A DNA stretch of 64,000 nucleotides from Eledone cirrhosa (Eukaryota). The notes below the pieces were generated by a model. It was given only the letters and a program-made list of their open reading frames with translations. It did not search any database and was not told where the DNA came from. Both the position numbers and the translations under genes were made by a program. Positions 11,396-26,422 of the stretch are shown piece after piece (the stretch's first letter is position 1; the number at the start of each line of letters is the position of its first letter). Location of the stretch: positions 28,210,001-28,274,000 of the forward strand of contig OZ024756.1 of assembly GCA_964016885.1 (NCBI GenBank), read 5' to 3'.

Positions 11396-12130
11396 CCCTA
11401 TACTTTTATGTGTGTCAGACTCTCCTATTCTCAAAGCCCTAAACTCAATGAATTGGCTGGTCCTTAGGACATTTCTTCGCGCCATAAAAACCAGAATTAG
11501 TCGTTTAGTTTTACATACTGAGACCCCCCAACCTATCCTATTTATTTTATAATGTAAGTGATTTCTAGTAATGTACTTTTTTGGACATGTATGATTTTTT
11601 TAATGCATAAAGAAAATTAATTGCTGCAGGGATGCTACCACTTAAAATAAAATTTCGCCGGAGTTAGATTAGCAAAATTTAAAAAGTGGGTGGTTGGAAA
11701 AAATCTGAAAAATTAATAAGCAGGTTGGGGTGGAATAAGAGCGAAGGGGTTTGGAAACATCTGAAAAGTTAATAAGTGGTGTGTGTGTGGGGGGGGGGGG
11801 GGGGGGGCGATTATTCGAGACCCGAGAGTACCACATCAAAACTAACACATGTTTCTACTTTTGGCACAAGGCCAGTAATTATTCCAGTGTATTACTGGTA
11901 CTTTATTTATCGACCCTGTAAGGATAAAAGGCAAAGTTAACCTCGGCGGGATTAACCTTGGCTTTTAAAATAATTGTTTCTACTTTTGGCACAAGCCAGC
12001 AATTATCCCAGTGTATTACTGGTACTTTATTTTATCGACCCCGTAAGGATGAAAGGCAAAGTTAACCTAAAAAATAATGAAAATAAACATATTTAGACGA
12101 TTAATAGGACATTCCGGACCAGCTGTGATA

Positions 12131-12449
12131 CGAGGATCGGTTGAAATATTCATAGGCTGTCTATAAAGGTGTAATGCTAGAGCTATGAAATCTTGCATGC
12201 ATTAATTTCAACTCTTCTTTCCGGGGACTATGTTGAAAAATAAACCTCATTTAGTCATTTCATGAGAGTATCTTGGTCAGCCTATGAAGGAGTGATGCTA
12301 GAGCTGTGAAATCTTGCAAACATTAATTTCAACTCTTCTTATTAATAACTACATTGTTTCTTTCTAGGGACTATGTTGAAAAATAAACCTCATTTGGTCA
12401 TTCCATGAGAGTATCTTAGTCAGCCTATGAACTTTTCAGCCGACCCTTG
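12131..12449 (+). mobile_element. Mariner-type MITE with internal duplication; other copies at 50665-50824 and partial at ~19237-19345
   Basis: TA|CGAGGATCGGTTGAAATATTCATAGGCTG...CAGCCTATGAACTTTTCAGCCGACCCTTG|TA: ~29-bp TIRs and TA TSD. Confidence 0.85.
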
Positions 12450-13096
12450 TATCTTTGGGAATGGCAATAGATAGAAAATCAATATTTTCAGCTCAGCAGT
12501 AGAATGTACTCAACTCTTAAACTCCAATATCTGAGTTTACCAATAGCTTAGGTTAACATTTAACAAAATGAGTGTTAAAAGGCTAATTAGAAATAGTTAT
12601 GATGAGGAAAGGACAAATCAGTCAATCATGGTGCTCGCACCATTGAGTCAAGGGACCTCTGACAACTCTGTCTCCTAGAGTCTTTATCCGATTTTTATAA
12701 GATATGTCATAGCAACTGACTGCAAGTTATTTTCTGTGCTTGAGCATCCTACATCTTATATAAATTTATTTCCTCAACGCTTCCTAAGTTAAAATGTTCG
12801 AGTTCCACACCCGATGTTTGTTTTCATTTTCAAAAACTCATCAGCCACCGACTATGCAATTTATAAAGCTGATTCCTTTATATAGAGCCCAGGCTGCACG
12901 TCGGTTTGAACAAGCAGCTGTGATGATGCGCATGAGACAATGCATCATGTGTGTATATATATATATATATATTTATTAAAATAACAGATTAAAGTTTAAG
13001 CAAAGAATCGGTGCTTTCACCTGGTTCTTATATATTTGATATATATTTATCCTTATCGAGCTCTCTTTGAATTTTAGTCTTCAAATTTATTATTAT

Positions 13097-13177
<81 letters not shown>

Positions 13178-13552
13178 TGTGTGTGTGCATGCTTGTATGT
13201 ATGTTTGTATCTATGTAAGTAAGCATGCATGTACGTATGCATGCATGTATGTATATATGTTGCTCTTTCTCTTAATTTCGAGTAAATGTCAAAATACCAG
13301 GATGTTCTGTGACTCAGAGATTGATAAAAGTCCCATAATGATGTGGACACTAGGATCCTAGGATCAATCTAACCCTACCCCCACCCCCACCCCACCCCTG
13401 AAGACAGTGCCCAAGCATGACTAGTTACTGAATCCGGTAAAAGAATATATGGATATATATATGTATATTATAAGTACAGACACTACGGGTTTATATATAT
13501 ATATATAATCCTCATCGAGCCCTCTTTGTATTTTAGTCTTCACATTTATTAT

Positions 13553-14732
<1,180 letters not shown>

Positions 14733-15308
14733 CACAGTAAATTCCGTGTCTAAAATTACGAGAGTAGAGAATGCCACAAATGTTTTATATATTTAATCTG
14801 AAACATACAGTAAGATATACAGACCGTATCAATAACCATGTCATCTCTTAGGCAGATTAGAGATTTAATCTGTTTCACCTTTAAAATTGTGTTTGTAACA
14901 GATAATCCGTAGGCTTTCCTCGGCGAGAGATTAGATCAAATGAAACAAAACACATCTAACAGCAACTCAAGGAGTAAATAATATACCTCGTGGGTTGCAC
15001 GCTATACGTGGTATGAGTGGTTATTCTAGAAATAATAGCCTTATTACACTCAACTTATAAGCTCACCTAGTTAGGGAGCCGAAATACAAATAAAATACAA
15101 AGTTATTGACTCATATTTTATTTGTATATATATATATATATAAGTCAGCATGACTTGGTAAGCTATTTAGAACACTGGTTTAACCACTTTACTTCCCTCC
15201 GAAGAAGAGATATTATCTCGAAAATTAAGGACATTTAAATAAATCTAAGGTAAAAGACTAATTGTCAACAATATCTTTGCATTTGCATTCTTTATTCTAT
15301 GTCCATAC

Positions 15309-15382
15309 TACATTCTTTTGGCTTTACAAATTCAAACGTTTATACCTCATTACACAATGCTTCAAGTGAACTATAACTTCCT

Positions 15383-15438
<56 letters not shown>

Positions 15439-15511
15439 AGGAAGTTATAGTTCACTTGAAGCATTGTGTAATGAGGTATAAACGTTTGAATTTGTAAGCC
15501 AAAAGAATGTA
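15309..15511. repeat. Fold-back palindrome with (TA)n centre
   Basis: ACATTCTTTTGGCT...CTTCCTCCAT-(TA)n-ATGGAGGAAG...AGCCAAAAGAATGT. Confidence 0.92.
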
Positions 15512-15639
15512 TATATATATATTTATATATATATATACATATGTATATGAATATATATATATGTATACACATATATACATGTATACACATATATATACAC
15601 ACACACACATATATATATACATACACATATATATATATA

Positions 15640-15735
<96 letters not shown>

Positions 15736-15766
15736 TATACACACACATATATGTATATATATATAC

Positions 15767-15866
<100 letters not shown>

Positions 15867-15872
15867 TATATA

Positions 15873-16870
15873 TACTATATAATATTTGAGAATAAGCTCT
15901 CAGTCCTTTACAATAATTAAGCTCCAGGAAAGGGGCATTTCCTAGCAGTTAAATACATTAAAATATATGATAAACACAAAACGTGTTTGCATTGCAACAG
16001 ACAGTCAGCTATTAATGAAATAAACTAATTAAAGTGAATACAATTTGTCTGTCTCGATATAAGTCAATAAAGACAAGCTTATATTGGCAACTGCCATGAT
16101 TCCTGGACAGATTTAAATTTCAAAATCCAAACCTGTTCTGTAGACGAATTTGAACCTCGAAACGTAAATCCGTTTCGCAATGGTGGTATGTGAATTTAAA
16201 AATAAAGAGAATCGAAATGGAATTGAAATAAAAAGTGAAATATCCAAATCTTCTGTGCATATCAACAGGAATCCAGTAGAAATTAGTACATCTCACATCA
16301 AAAAATTTTGCAAGTCTGACTACACGTGTATAGCCAGGAAATGCCCCTTTCCTGGAGCTTAATTATTGTAAAGGACTGAGAGCTTATTCTCAAAATATTA
16401 TATAGTATATTGCTCCTTAAATGTTAGAGCTGATCTTTAATCCCGCATATATGGCTGTTATTTCTAGCACCGTTAATGCGGGACGGCTAGTTTGGTCTGG
16501 CTATACACGTGTAGTCAGACTTGCAAAATTTTTTGATGTGAGATGTACTAATTTCTACTGGATTCCTGTTGATATGCACAGAAGATTTGGATATTTCACT
16601 TTTTATTTCAATTCCATTTCGATTCTCTTTATTTTTTAAATTCACATACCACCATTGCGAACGGATTTACGTTTCGAGGTTCAAATTCGTCTACAGAACA
16701 GGTTTGGATTTTGAAATTTAAATCTGTCCAGGAATCATGGCAGTTGCCAATATAAGCTTGTCTTTATTGACTTATATCGAGACAGACAAATTGTATTCAC
16801 TTCAATTAGTTTATTTCATTAATAGCTGACTGTCTGTTGCAATGCAAACACGTTTTGTGTTTATCATATA

Positions 16871-16877
<7 letters not shown>
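15873..16877. repeat. Nested inverted duplications (15956-16336 vs 16497-16877; 15873-15942 vs 16335-16408), with a third direct partial copy at 17405-17611
   Basis: Reverse-complement matches read directly. Confidence 0.88.
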
Positions 16878-16929
<52 letters not shown>

Positions 16930-17062
16930 ATATGTCATATCAGTACTTAAAATCGTGACTTGTACTGATATAACATTAACAACAACGTAAACATCAACAA
17001 CAACAACAAAACCAACAAAGAGCAGTAGTAAAACCAGTATTTCTCTTTTGGTTAGTTTTCTT

Positions 17063-17158
<96 letters not shown>

Positions 17159-17225
17159 TATATATATATGTGCGTGCGTGTCTATATATATATATATATA
17201 TATATAACCAATTATATTTATATAA

Positions 17226-17281
<56 letters not shown>

Positions 17282-17301
17282 ACATATACATATATATACA
17301 T

Positions 17302-17370
<69 letters not shown>

Positions 17371-17608
17371 CATACATATGTATATATATATATATATATA
17401 TATACATTTAAAGTATATGATAAACACGAAATGTGTTTACATTGCAACAGACAAAGTCAGCTATTAATGAAATAAACTAATAAAAGTGAATACAATTTGT
17501 CTGTCTCGATACAAGTCAATAAAGACAAGCTTATATTGGCAACGGCCATGATTCCTGGACATATTTAAATTTCAAAATTCAAACCTGTTCTGTAGACGAA
17601 TTTGAACC

Positions 17609-17715
<107 letters not shown>

Positions 17716-18317
17716 ATATGTATATATATATATATATAGGTGATAGTTTAACTGACAATGTTGTTGAAACCAATAGACAGTGAGAAAGAAGATGATGATG
17801 ATGATGATGATGATGAAGAAGAAGGATGGTGGTGGTGGTGGTGGTGATATAGAAGAAGACGAAGGTAGGATCCATTGTGTATTGTTACAAAGAAATAGTA
17901 ATTGCCTCAGTTCCCACACTATTGTGTTAGTATGTGTATATATAGAGAGAGAACTTATGGGATCGTTATCTTCGCTCATGGTTAGTGATTGCGACTCCTG
18001 ACATTGAATTCATACTTAAAGAATAAGAAGCCTACTTGTTACTATATTACCGAATATTTGCTGTGTTTTCATCGTCGCAAGAAAAAAAAAAATGAGGTAT
18101 GTCTCTGCGGTAATTTTTTTTTTTTTTGGGGGGGGGGGGGGTACGAATTGTTCTTTTCTTTGCCTTTTGGAGAAACGCCATTTCGGCCGCTTGTATACTC
18201 GTCGTGTTCGTATTCTTTCACTGATTACCCATTACCCAAGACTTATGACCATAGGTAAGGGTTCGCATGACTACCTAGCAATAAAGACAGCGAAAATATT
18301 ACTCGCGAAAAAAAGTA

Positions 18318-18534
18318 CAGTCTGTTCGCTTTTTACGCGAAGTTGCGTTCGTGAACACGACGCGTAAAGCAAATTCGCGTAATTCAAGTCTAATTTCCCC
18401 ATAAATAAATTTTAAAAAAATTGAAAATGACACGCGTTATAATGTTATTAAATATAAATATTTAATAACTTTTTTTCAAGAGGCGTTAAAGCGAATTCGC
18501 ATACTTCAAGTTCGCATAAAAATCGAACAGGCTG
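18318..18534. mobile_element. Tc1/pogo (Tigger-like) MITE
   Basis: TA|CAGTCTGTTCGCTTTTTACGCGAAGT...AGTTCGCATAAAAATCGAACAGGCTG|TA imperfect TIRs. Confidence 0.7.
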
Positions 18535-19399
18535 TAGGCGGTTCTGATTATTCACTACGATTGACAAATGTATCATTAGTAAGCCTTCATTTTTTTTTTT
18601 TTTATACTACTTTACATCCAGATTTTAGCTGTTCGATTTTTAAGCTGTTCGATATGTAAGCCGGTTTTGTGAGAATTGTGTTATTGAAAACATAATCGAA
18701 AGAATACGATCGCAAATACAAGTGGCAGAACTGGGGTTCCTCCGAAGGGTCTTTGGAGTAACATTACACGATAGAGTGCATAGCTTGGAGATTAGAAAGT
18801 CACACCAGGTAGAGCCGCTACTTCACCGAATTTACTGACCACAGCTCCGATACTATGGGCATACAGTTAGAATGTCTCAGGAAAGAATCGCTGCACAGAT
18901 TCTACGGGCAAAACCAACTGGCAGGAGTCCCAGGGGTAGACTCTAAGCAAGATGGTTGGATAACATCCATGAGCTTGACTGGTCTCACTTGGGGATCTAG
19001 TCGGATCAGTTCGAGACGGTTGTTTCTGACATCACCCACTGGAGGGAGTGTTTGAGAACTATGCCCCCACGACTCGGAAATCGAACTTACAAGCTCACGA
19101 TTGAGAATCCAACTCTCTAACCCCTAAGCCACGCACCTTCCCTCATAAGTAGTATCCCTTTCATATTAATGTAATTAATGTACATCCGGTCTTGGATCAG
19201 CTATAGGGGACAGAATCTAAAGATTTCTTGAAAATACAAGGATCAGCTGAAAAAGTTTAGAGGCTGACCAAGATACTCTCATGGAATGACCAAATGAGGT
19301 TTATTTTTCAACAGAGTCCCTAGAAAGAAACAATGCAGGTTTTTAAATTAAAAAAAATAAAATTTGTCGATCGACTTTCGTCAAATCGGACCGAGGAAA

Positions 19400-19582
19400 C
19401 GATGTTTCCGTTGGTCTTTCCAATTACTAATACTATCTATCGGTCGCAACTCCAGGTAGAAGGAGCAATGTGAAATAAAGTGTCTTGCTCAAGGACATAA
19501 CGCATCGTCCGGTCCAGGAATCGAACTGACAGCCTCACGATTGCGAATCCAGTTCTCTAACCAATCAGCCACACGCCTTCAC
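19400..19582 (-). mobile_element. tRNA-derived CORE-like SINE (second family; also ~2640-2770, 19060-19140, 46846-47070, 50850-51090)
   Basis: Minus strand GTGAAGGCGTGTGGCTGATTGGTTAGAG (A box)...GTTCGATTCC (B box)...GTCCTTGAGCAAGACACTTTA (CORE-like). Confidence 0.75.
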
Positions 19583-20345
19583 TTTTTAAATTAATACACC
19601 CCAATTTTTTTAGATTGGTACTTTTAAATTAATGCACCCCAATTTTTTTTAGATTGGTACTTTTAAATTAATGCACCCAAATTTTTTTATAGATTGGTAC
19701 TTTTAAATTAATGTACCCCACATTTTTTAGACTGGTACTTTTAAATTAATGTACCCATTTTTTTTAGATTGGTACTTTTAAATTAATGTACCCATTTCTT
19801 TTAGATTGGTACTTTTAAATTAATGCACCCCTATTTTTTTAGATTGGTACTTTTAAATTAATGCACCCCAATTTTTTTTAGATTGGTACTTTTAAATTAA
19901 TGTACCCCACATTTTTTTATAGATTGGTACTTTTAAATTAATGCACCCCAATTTTTTTATAGATTGGTACTTTTAAATTAATGTACCCCACATTTTTTAG
20001 ACTGGTACTTTTAAATTAATGTACCCATTTTTTTTAGATTGGTACTTTTAAATTAATGCACCCCAATTTTTTTATAGATTGGTACTTTTAAATTAATGTA
20101 CCCCACATTTTTTAGACTGGTACTTTTAAATTAATGTACCTATTTTTTTTAGATCGGTACTTTTAAATTAATGTACCCATTTCTTTTAGATTGGTACTTT
20201 TAAATTAATGCACCCCTATTTTTTTAGATTGGTACTTTTAAATTAATGCACCCCACTTTTTTTTAGATTGGTACTTTTAAATTAATGCACCCCAATTTTT
20301 TTATAGATTGGTACTTTTAAATTAATGCACCCCAATTTTAGATTG
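19583..20345. repeat. ~38-41-bp minisatellite, ~19 copies
   Basis: Unit ACTTTTAAATTAATG(C/T)ACCCCAATTTTTTTAGATTGGT with variable T-run. Confidence 0.95.
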
Positions 20346-20442
20346 AAACTTCTTTTTATCGACCTCGAAAGGATGAAAGGCAAAGTTTACTTCGGCGGAA
20401 TTTGAACTCACAGGGCTGAGAGCCAGAATGACTACCATAAAG

Positions 20443-22994
20443 CATTCTATCTGACGTTCTAACGACTCTGCCATTCTATCTGACGTTCTAACGACTCTAC
20501 CATTCTATCTGACGTTCTAACGACTCTGCCATTCTATCTGACGTTCTAACTACTCTGCCATTCTATCTGACGTTCTAACGACTCTACCATTCTATCTGAC
20601 GTTCTAACAACTCTGCCATTCTATCTGACGTTCTAACGACTCTACCATTCTATCTGATGTTCTAACGACTCTGCCATTCTATCTGACGTTCTAACGACTC
20701 TGCCATTCTATCTGACGTTCTAACGACTCTACCATTCTATCTGATGTTCTAACGACTCTACCATTCTATCTGATGTTCTAACGACTCTGCCATTCTATCT
20801 GACGTTCTAACGACTCTACCATTCTATCTGATGTTCTAACGACTCTACCATTCTATCTGACGTTCTAACGACTCTACCATTCTATCTGACGTTCTAACGA
20901 CTCTACCATTCTATCTGACGTTCTAACGACTCTGCCATTCTATCTGACGTTCTAACGACTCTGCCATTCTATCTAACGTTCTAACGACTCTACCATTCTA
21001 TCTGATGTTCTAACGACTCTGCCATTCTATCTGACGTTCTAACGACTCTACCATTCTATCTGACGTTCTAACGACTCTACCATTCTATCTGACGTTCTAA
21101 CGACTCTGCCATTCTATCTGACGTTCTAACGACTCTACCATTCTATCTGATGTTCTAACGACTCTGCCATTCTATCTGACGTTCTAACGACGCTGCCATT
21201 CTATCTGACGTTCTAACGACTCTGCCATTCTATCTGACGTTCTAACGACTCTACCATTCTATCTGATGTTCTAACGACTCTACCAGTCTATCTGACGTTC
21301 TAACGACTCTACCATTCTATCTGACGTTCTAACGACTCTGCCATTCTATCTGACGTTCTAACGACTCTGCCATTCTATCTGACGTTCTAACGACTCTACC
21401 ATTCTATCTGATGTTCTAACGACTCTGCCATTCTATCTGACGTTCTAACGACTCTGCCATTCTATCTGATGTTCTAACGACTCTGCCATTCTATCTGACG
21501 TTCTAACGACTCTACCATTCTATCTGATGTTCTAACAACTCTACCATTCTATCTGACGTTCTAACGACTCTACCATTCTATCTGACGTTCTAACGACTCT
21601 GCCATTCTATCTGACGTTCTAACGACTCTACCATTCTATCTGACGTTCTAACGACTCTGCCATTCTATCTGACGTTCTAACGACTCTGCCATTCTATCTG
21701 ACGTTCTAACGACTCTACCATTCTATCTGATGTTCTAACGACTCTACCATTCTATCTGACGTTCTAACGACTCTGCCATTCTATCTGACGTTCTAACGAC
21801 TCTGCCATTCTATCTGACGTTCTAACGACTCTGCCATTCTATCTGACGTTCTAACGACTCTACCATTCTATCTGATGTTCTAACGACTCTACCATTCTAT
21901 CTGACGTTCTAACGACTCTACCATTCTATCTGATGTTCTAACGACTCTGCCATTCTATCTGACGTTCTAACGACTCTGCCATTCTATCTGACGTTCTAAC
22001 TACTCTGCCATTCTATCTGACGTTCTAACGACTCTACCATTCTATCTGACGTTCTAACGACTCTGCCATTCTATCTGACGTTCTAACGACTCTACCATTC
22101 TATCTGATGTTCTAACGACTCTGCCATTCTATCTGACGTTCTAACGACTCTGCCATTCTATCTGACGTTCTAACGACTCTACCATTCTATCTGATGTTCT
22201 AACGACTCTACCATTCTATCTGATGTTCTAACGACTCTGCCATTCTATCTGACGTTCTAACGACTCTACCATTCTATCTGACGTTCTAACGACTCTACCA
22301 TTCTATCTGACGTTCTAACGACTCTGCCATTCTATCTGACGTTCTAACGACTCTACCATTCTATCTGATGTTCTAACGACTCTGCCATTCTATCTGACGT
22401 TCTAACGACGCTGCCATTCTATCTGACGTTCTAACGACTCTGCCATTCTATCTGACGTTCTAACGACTCTACCATTCTATCTGACGTTCTAACGACTCTA
22501 CCATTCTATCTGACGTTCTAACGACGCTGCCATTCTATCTGACGTTCTAACGACTCTGCCATTCTATCTGACGTTCTAACGACTCTACCATTCTATCTGA
22601 TGTTCTAACGACTCTACCAGTCTATCTGACGTTCTAACGACTCTACCATTCTATCTGACGTTCTAACGACTCTGCCATTCTATCTGACGTTCTAACGACT
22701 CTGCCATTCTATCTGACGTTCTAACGACTCTACCATTCTATCTGATGTTCTAACGACTCTGCCATTCTATCTGACGTTCTAACGACTCTGCCATTCTATC
22801 TGATGTTCTAACGACTCTGCCATTCTATCTGACGTTCTAACGACTCTACCATTCTATCTGATGTTCTAACAACTCTACCATTCTATCTGACGTTCTAACG
22901 ACTCTACCATTCTATCTGACGTTCTAACGACTCTGCCATTCTATCTGACGTTCTAACGACTCTACCATTCTATCTGACGTTCTAACGACTCTGC
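20443..22994. repeat. 29-bp satellite (~88 units) expanded inside a minus-strand SINE (~20350-23007)
   Basis: Unit CATTCTATCTGA(C/T)GTTCTAACGACTCT(G/A)C; SINE body at 20355-20442 on one side and SINE 5' end (CAATTAGCCACC) on the other. Confidence 0.96.
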
Positions 22995-23074
22995 CAATTA
23001 GCCACCTATCACATTACTTTACAGAAAGACAAAACTTACTGTTGCATTTAGTACCTTTTTTCACCGCACATTCA

Positions 23075-23946
23075 TTCATACACGCACACATGCATACACA
23101 CACACACATACATACACGCTCATACACTCACACACATACATACACACACATGCATACACACACATGCATACACACACACACACACACATACACGCTCATA
23201 CACTCACACATGCATACACACACACACACACATACACGCTCATACACTCACACATGCATACACACACACACACACATACACTCACACATGCATACACACA
23301 CTCACACACACACACTAATACACTCACATAATCACACACACATACACACACACACTTGCATACACACACACACACACTCGCATACACACACACATACTCA
23401 TACACTCATACGCTCACACACTCGCACACATGCACTCATACACTTACACACGCAAACACTCACTCATGCATTCACACTCTCAAACACTCATACACTCACG
23501 CATACACACACTCGTACACTCACACATACACACACACACACTCGTACACTCACACATACACACATACATTCATATACTCACTCACGCACACGCAGGTACT
23601 CACACTCACATACCTACACACGCACATACACATACTTTCACACACACACTCATACACACACACATGCATACACACACACACACTCGTACACTCACACATA
23701 CACACACACACTCGTACACTCACGCATACACACATACACTCATACACTCACGCACACACAGATAAACACACACATATATATGAGAGCCTATGTGTGTGTT
23801 GGTGTGTATGAGTATGTGTGTATGTGTATATGTGTGTGCCTATACATGTGTGTGTATGTGTGAGTATGTGTGTGTGCGGTTGTTTAAGTATGTGTGTATG
23901 TGTGTGTGTATATGTATGTGTATGTGTGTGTGTGCGTGTATGTGTA
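23075..23946. repeat. Degenerate (CA)n then (TG)n low-complexity tract
   Basis: Direct reading. Confidence 0.95.
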
Positions 23947-23994
23947 CAACGTTGTTTGTTTACTCCGTCGCATAATGTGCTTCACATACTTATA

Positions 23995-24168
23995 CAGATA
24001 AAATTCCGTTATAACGAATACCATTATAACGAATTTTTTTGTATAACGAATTCTTTTTCAATCGCCGGTCACATGCTCGATGTGTTATGTCGATCTAGTT
24101 ATAAAGAAATTTTCGTAACAACGAATTTTTTTATACTCCCTGAATTTCATTATAACTGAATTTCACTG
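23995..24168 (+). mobile_element. Tc1/pogo-type MITE; copies also at 38989-39163, 41880-41964 (partial) and 61294-61467 (-)
   Basis: TA|CAGATAAAATTCCGTTATAACG...TTATAACTGAATTTCACTG|TA TIRs; four similar copies in the window. Confidence 0.85.
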
Positions 24169-24236
24169 TATTAAATTGTTTGATACGATTTCAATTTGTT
24201 TGATACTTAAAATGGTTGTTCTTATTTTCCTGCCAG

Positions 24237-24283
24237 ATTATCTGCTGCATTTCTACTGATCAGCTTCGCTGTAATTTGTCAAA
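24237..24283 (+). CDS. Heme peroxidase-like gene, first visible exon (IICCISTDQLRCNLSK; alternative frame LSAAFLLISFAVICQ)
   Basis: Pyrimidine tract plus CCAG acceptor, GTAAGT donor; the phase 0 to 2 reading joins the next exon in frame. Confidence 0.65.
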
Positions 24284-24364
24284 GTAAGTTATGTTCCATT
24301 CATTAAAATTTCGCTAATTTTTAAAACTTATATGTTTATTATATTTTTACTCTTTTACTTGCTC

Positions 24365-24572
24365 CAGCCATCCGGCTGAGGCCATGCTAGGGTACCGCCC
24401 TTGTTGCTACACGTTCTATCTCCAACCTATGTTGGTTGGCCATTGGTGTAAGAGGGAGTTCGTTGCCGTTGCCCTTAGTTTACCTTCGTACCGTACTGTG
24501 AGCTCATCCGGGATCCTGGAAAGCAGAGTGTCAAGATGTTTCTTGAAAACATCCACGCCCACACCATGCATT
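24365..24572 (-). mobile_element. L2/Crack/Daphne-like LINE 3' fragment
   Basis: Minus strand VDVFKKHLDTLLSRIPDE...ATNSLLHQ resembles the FKxxLDxxLxxIPDxP C-terminus. Confidence 0.6.
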
Positions 24573-24913
24573 TTTGGGGTGGTTTTCTGCTAGCATGTGT
24601 CGTATGCATATTCATATTATATGCAATATAAACGTTATGATATAACGATGCAAATATATGAACGTTTATATAAGCGTTATAATATAGCGTCCGTTATATC
24701 ATAACCGGAAGTGTTGACATTTGAAAATTTTAAAAGAAGTGAATCTTAAAATAGGCATATCATTATATATAAGAATATTTATGTTTAATCATCAGCTACG
24801 TAATTTAGTAGATAAATTATGTAATATCCATTCATTATTTATTCAAAGTAATCCGACTTATTTTACTAACGGGTTAAAAACATATATTCAGGACACACTC
24901 CCGCATTCCTCCT

Positions 24914-25092
24914 ATTGGCAGTATCGGTAGAGGGTCGGACGACATGCTTTCCAGCATAGTTACGTCCCTTTACGATCTGAGTTCAAATCCCGCCAAGGTT
25001 GACTTTGCCTTTCATCCTTACGGGGTCGATAAAATAAAGTACCAGTAATGCACTGGTTAATTGCTGGCCTTGTACCTAAAGTAGAAACAATT
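24914..25092 (+). mobile_element. Dominant tRNA-derived SINE with Meta-like central domain (about 20 copies, e.g. 9185-9367, 11850-12068, 26725-27261, 27337-27719, 39510-39990, 49107-49295, 49840-50085, 57502-57691, 59644-59750, 63695-64000)
   Basis: TGGCAGTATCGGTAG A-box-like, GAGTTCAAATCCCGCC B box, GCCTTTCATCCTTACGGGGTCGATAAAATAAAGTACCAG and shared tail. Confidence 0.9.
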
Positions 25093-25239
25093 ATATTATG
25101 ATATGAAAAATATAAATACCAAACAAAATTAAGTAATGAGAAAATAGGGAAGGAGTACAGAAGAGCAGATCTGGCTGTATGGGAAATTAAAGGAAAGGAC
25201 TATAAAAGCACTCTAAATCTATAAATGGGAAAAGAAAGG

Positions 25240-25750
25240 ACTCGCAGGCCACAGACGAAAGGGAGAGCGAAGGGGAGATGGCGATGGGCTCTAAGCCTAG
25301 GGCGGGGCGGTATTTTGGATGCGCCCCACGAACAAACTGGCAAAGGCATTTCCGCGATGGAATTCCCATTCGAAGGAGGTAGATCCCTCTTCTGGGGCGC
25401 CACATATTGTGACACGTTCTCCGCCTCCAGCTTTGTCGCTTCGGCCACAAATCCCGGAACTGCGGCCCGCAATGCGGAGGGCAGGAAGATAAGCCAATAC
25501 CGGTGATCATGACGCCAGAGCGCAGGTCGGTTCCCTCGACATACCGCTCTCAACAACATAATGAGAAGGAGCCACGACACAGACGGCTTCCCGTCACAAC
25601 TGGAACCAGCAGGTCTCGACGGTCAAGACGGCAAGCGCCTTAATGAAGTTCCCCTCTTCCCTTTCGAAGGAGGTAAATCTTTCATGTTGAATGCGACATG
25701 CTGTGACACGTTCTCCGCCTCCAATATAGTCGCCTCGGCTACAAATCCCA
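25240..25750 (+). mobile_element. Two tandem fragments of a CRE-like restriction-like-endonuclease non-LTR element; its C-terminus occurs separately at ~29480-29562
   Basis: LEPAGLDGQDGKRLNEVPLFPFEGGKSFMLNATCCDTFSAS and FPFEGGRSLFWGATYCDTFSAS (cf. DGKRPDG...PWxxGxxLxWDxTxxDT); LQRVSLVIVRGNA at ~29503 (cf. QRLSIAIQRGNA). Confidence 0.65.
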
Positions 25751-26064
25751 CATCTTTCCAATACTGCTTTCTTTTTCCGTATGTTTGACCAATTTATAAT
25801 TAAGATTAAAAAAAGTATAACCTGTTCAAAACGTTTAATGTCATGAAATCATACTTTTTAAGAATTTGTTGATTTTGAGAAATGCTCTTAAAAAAATATT
25901 AATGAATGTATTTCATTTTTCATTCGTTCCTTGCGGCGGGTTTTACAGATTACTTCGTAAGCGGGTAAGTCGATTTATGCTGATATATTCGTATGTATGT
26001 ATGTATGTATGTATGTATGTATGTATGTATGTATGTATGTATGTATGCATGCATACCTGCAACC

Positions 26065-26330
26065 CTGATGGTATCCAATGATGTTGACTTGTTCTTCTTT
26101 TTGGTAAATATCATCTTAGTTAAGAGAGTGGGACTGGCTTTGTGCAGTGCCTTTGCTCACTATAAAAGCTTCACGGCACAGGCATTGCTTTATATCTGGA
26201 GATCTCTCTGCACTTGTCGTCACATGGTACCATGGGCCCAGCACTATGTGTCAATAATTGTCACAAGTGTAGTCTTTGTACCAGAGTTTTCAAGTCGCTG
26301 GCTGGACTAAAAAGTCACACTCGTTCAACG
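26065..26330 (+). mobile_element. RTE/BovB-like LINE 3' fragment
   Basis: C-terminal C2H2-like CSLCTRVFKSLAGLKSHTR. Confidence 0.5.
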
Positions 26331-26382
26331 CAGCCACCATGTATATATGTATGCATGCATGTATGTATGTATGCATGTATGT

Positions 26383-26422
<40 letters not shown>

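Noticed and set aside
18245-18260. ATGACCATAG|GTAAGG as the start exon of the peroxidase-like gene
   Set aside because: Its phase 1 end gives an early stop when joined to exon 24237; no other supporting evidence.
20443-22994. 29-bp repeats as a CRISPR array
   Set aside because: Units are head-to-tail with no unique spacers, derive from a SINE, and there are no cas genes; the context is eukaryotic.
24914-25092. SINE heads as tRNA genes
   Set aside because: A/B boxes are present but there is no complete cloverleaf; they continue into the shared SINE body.
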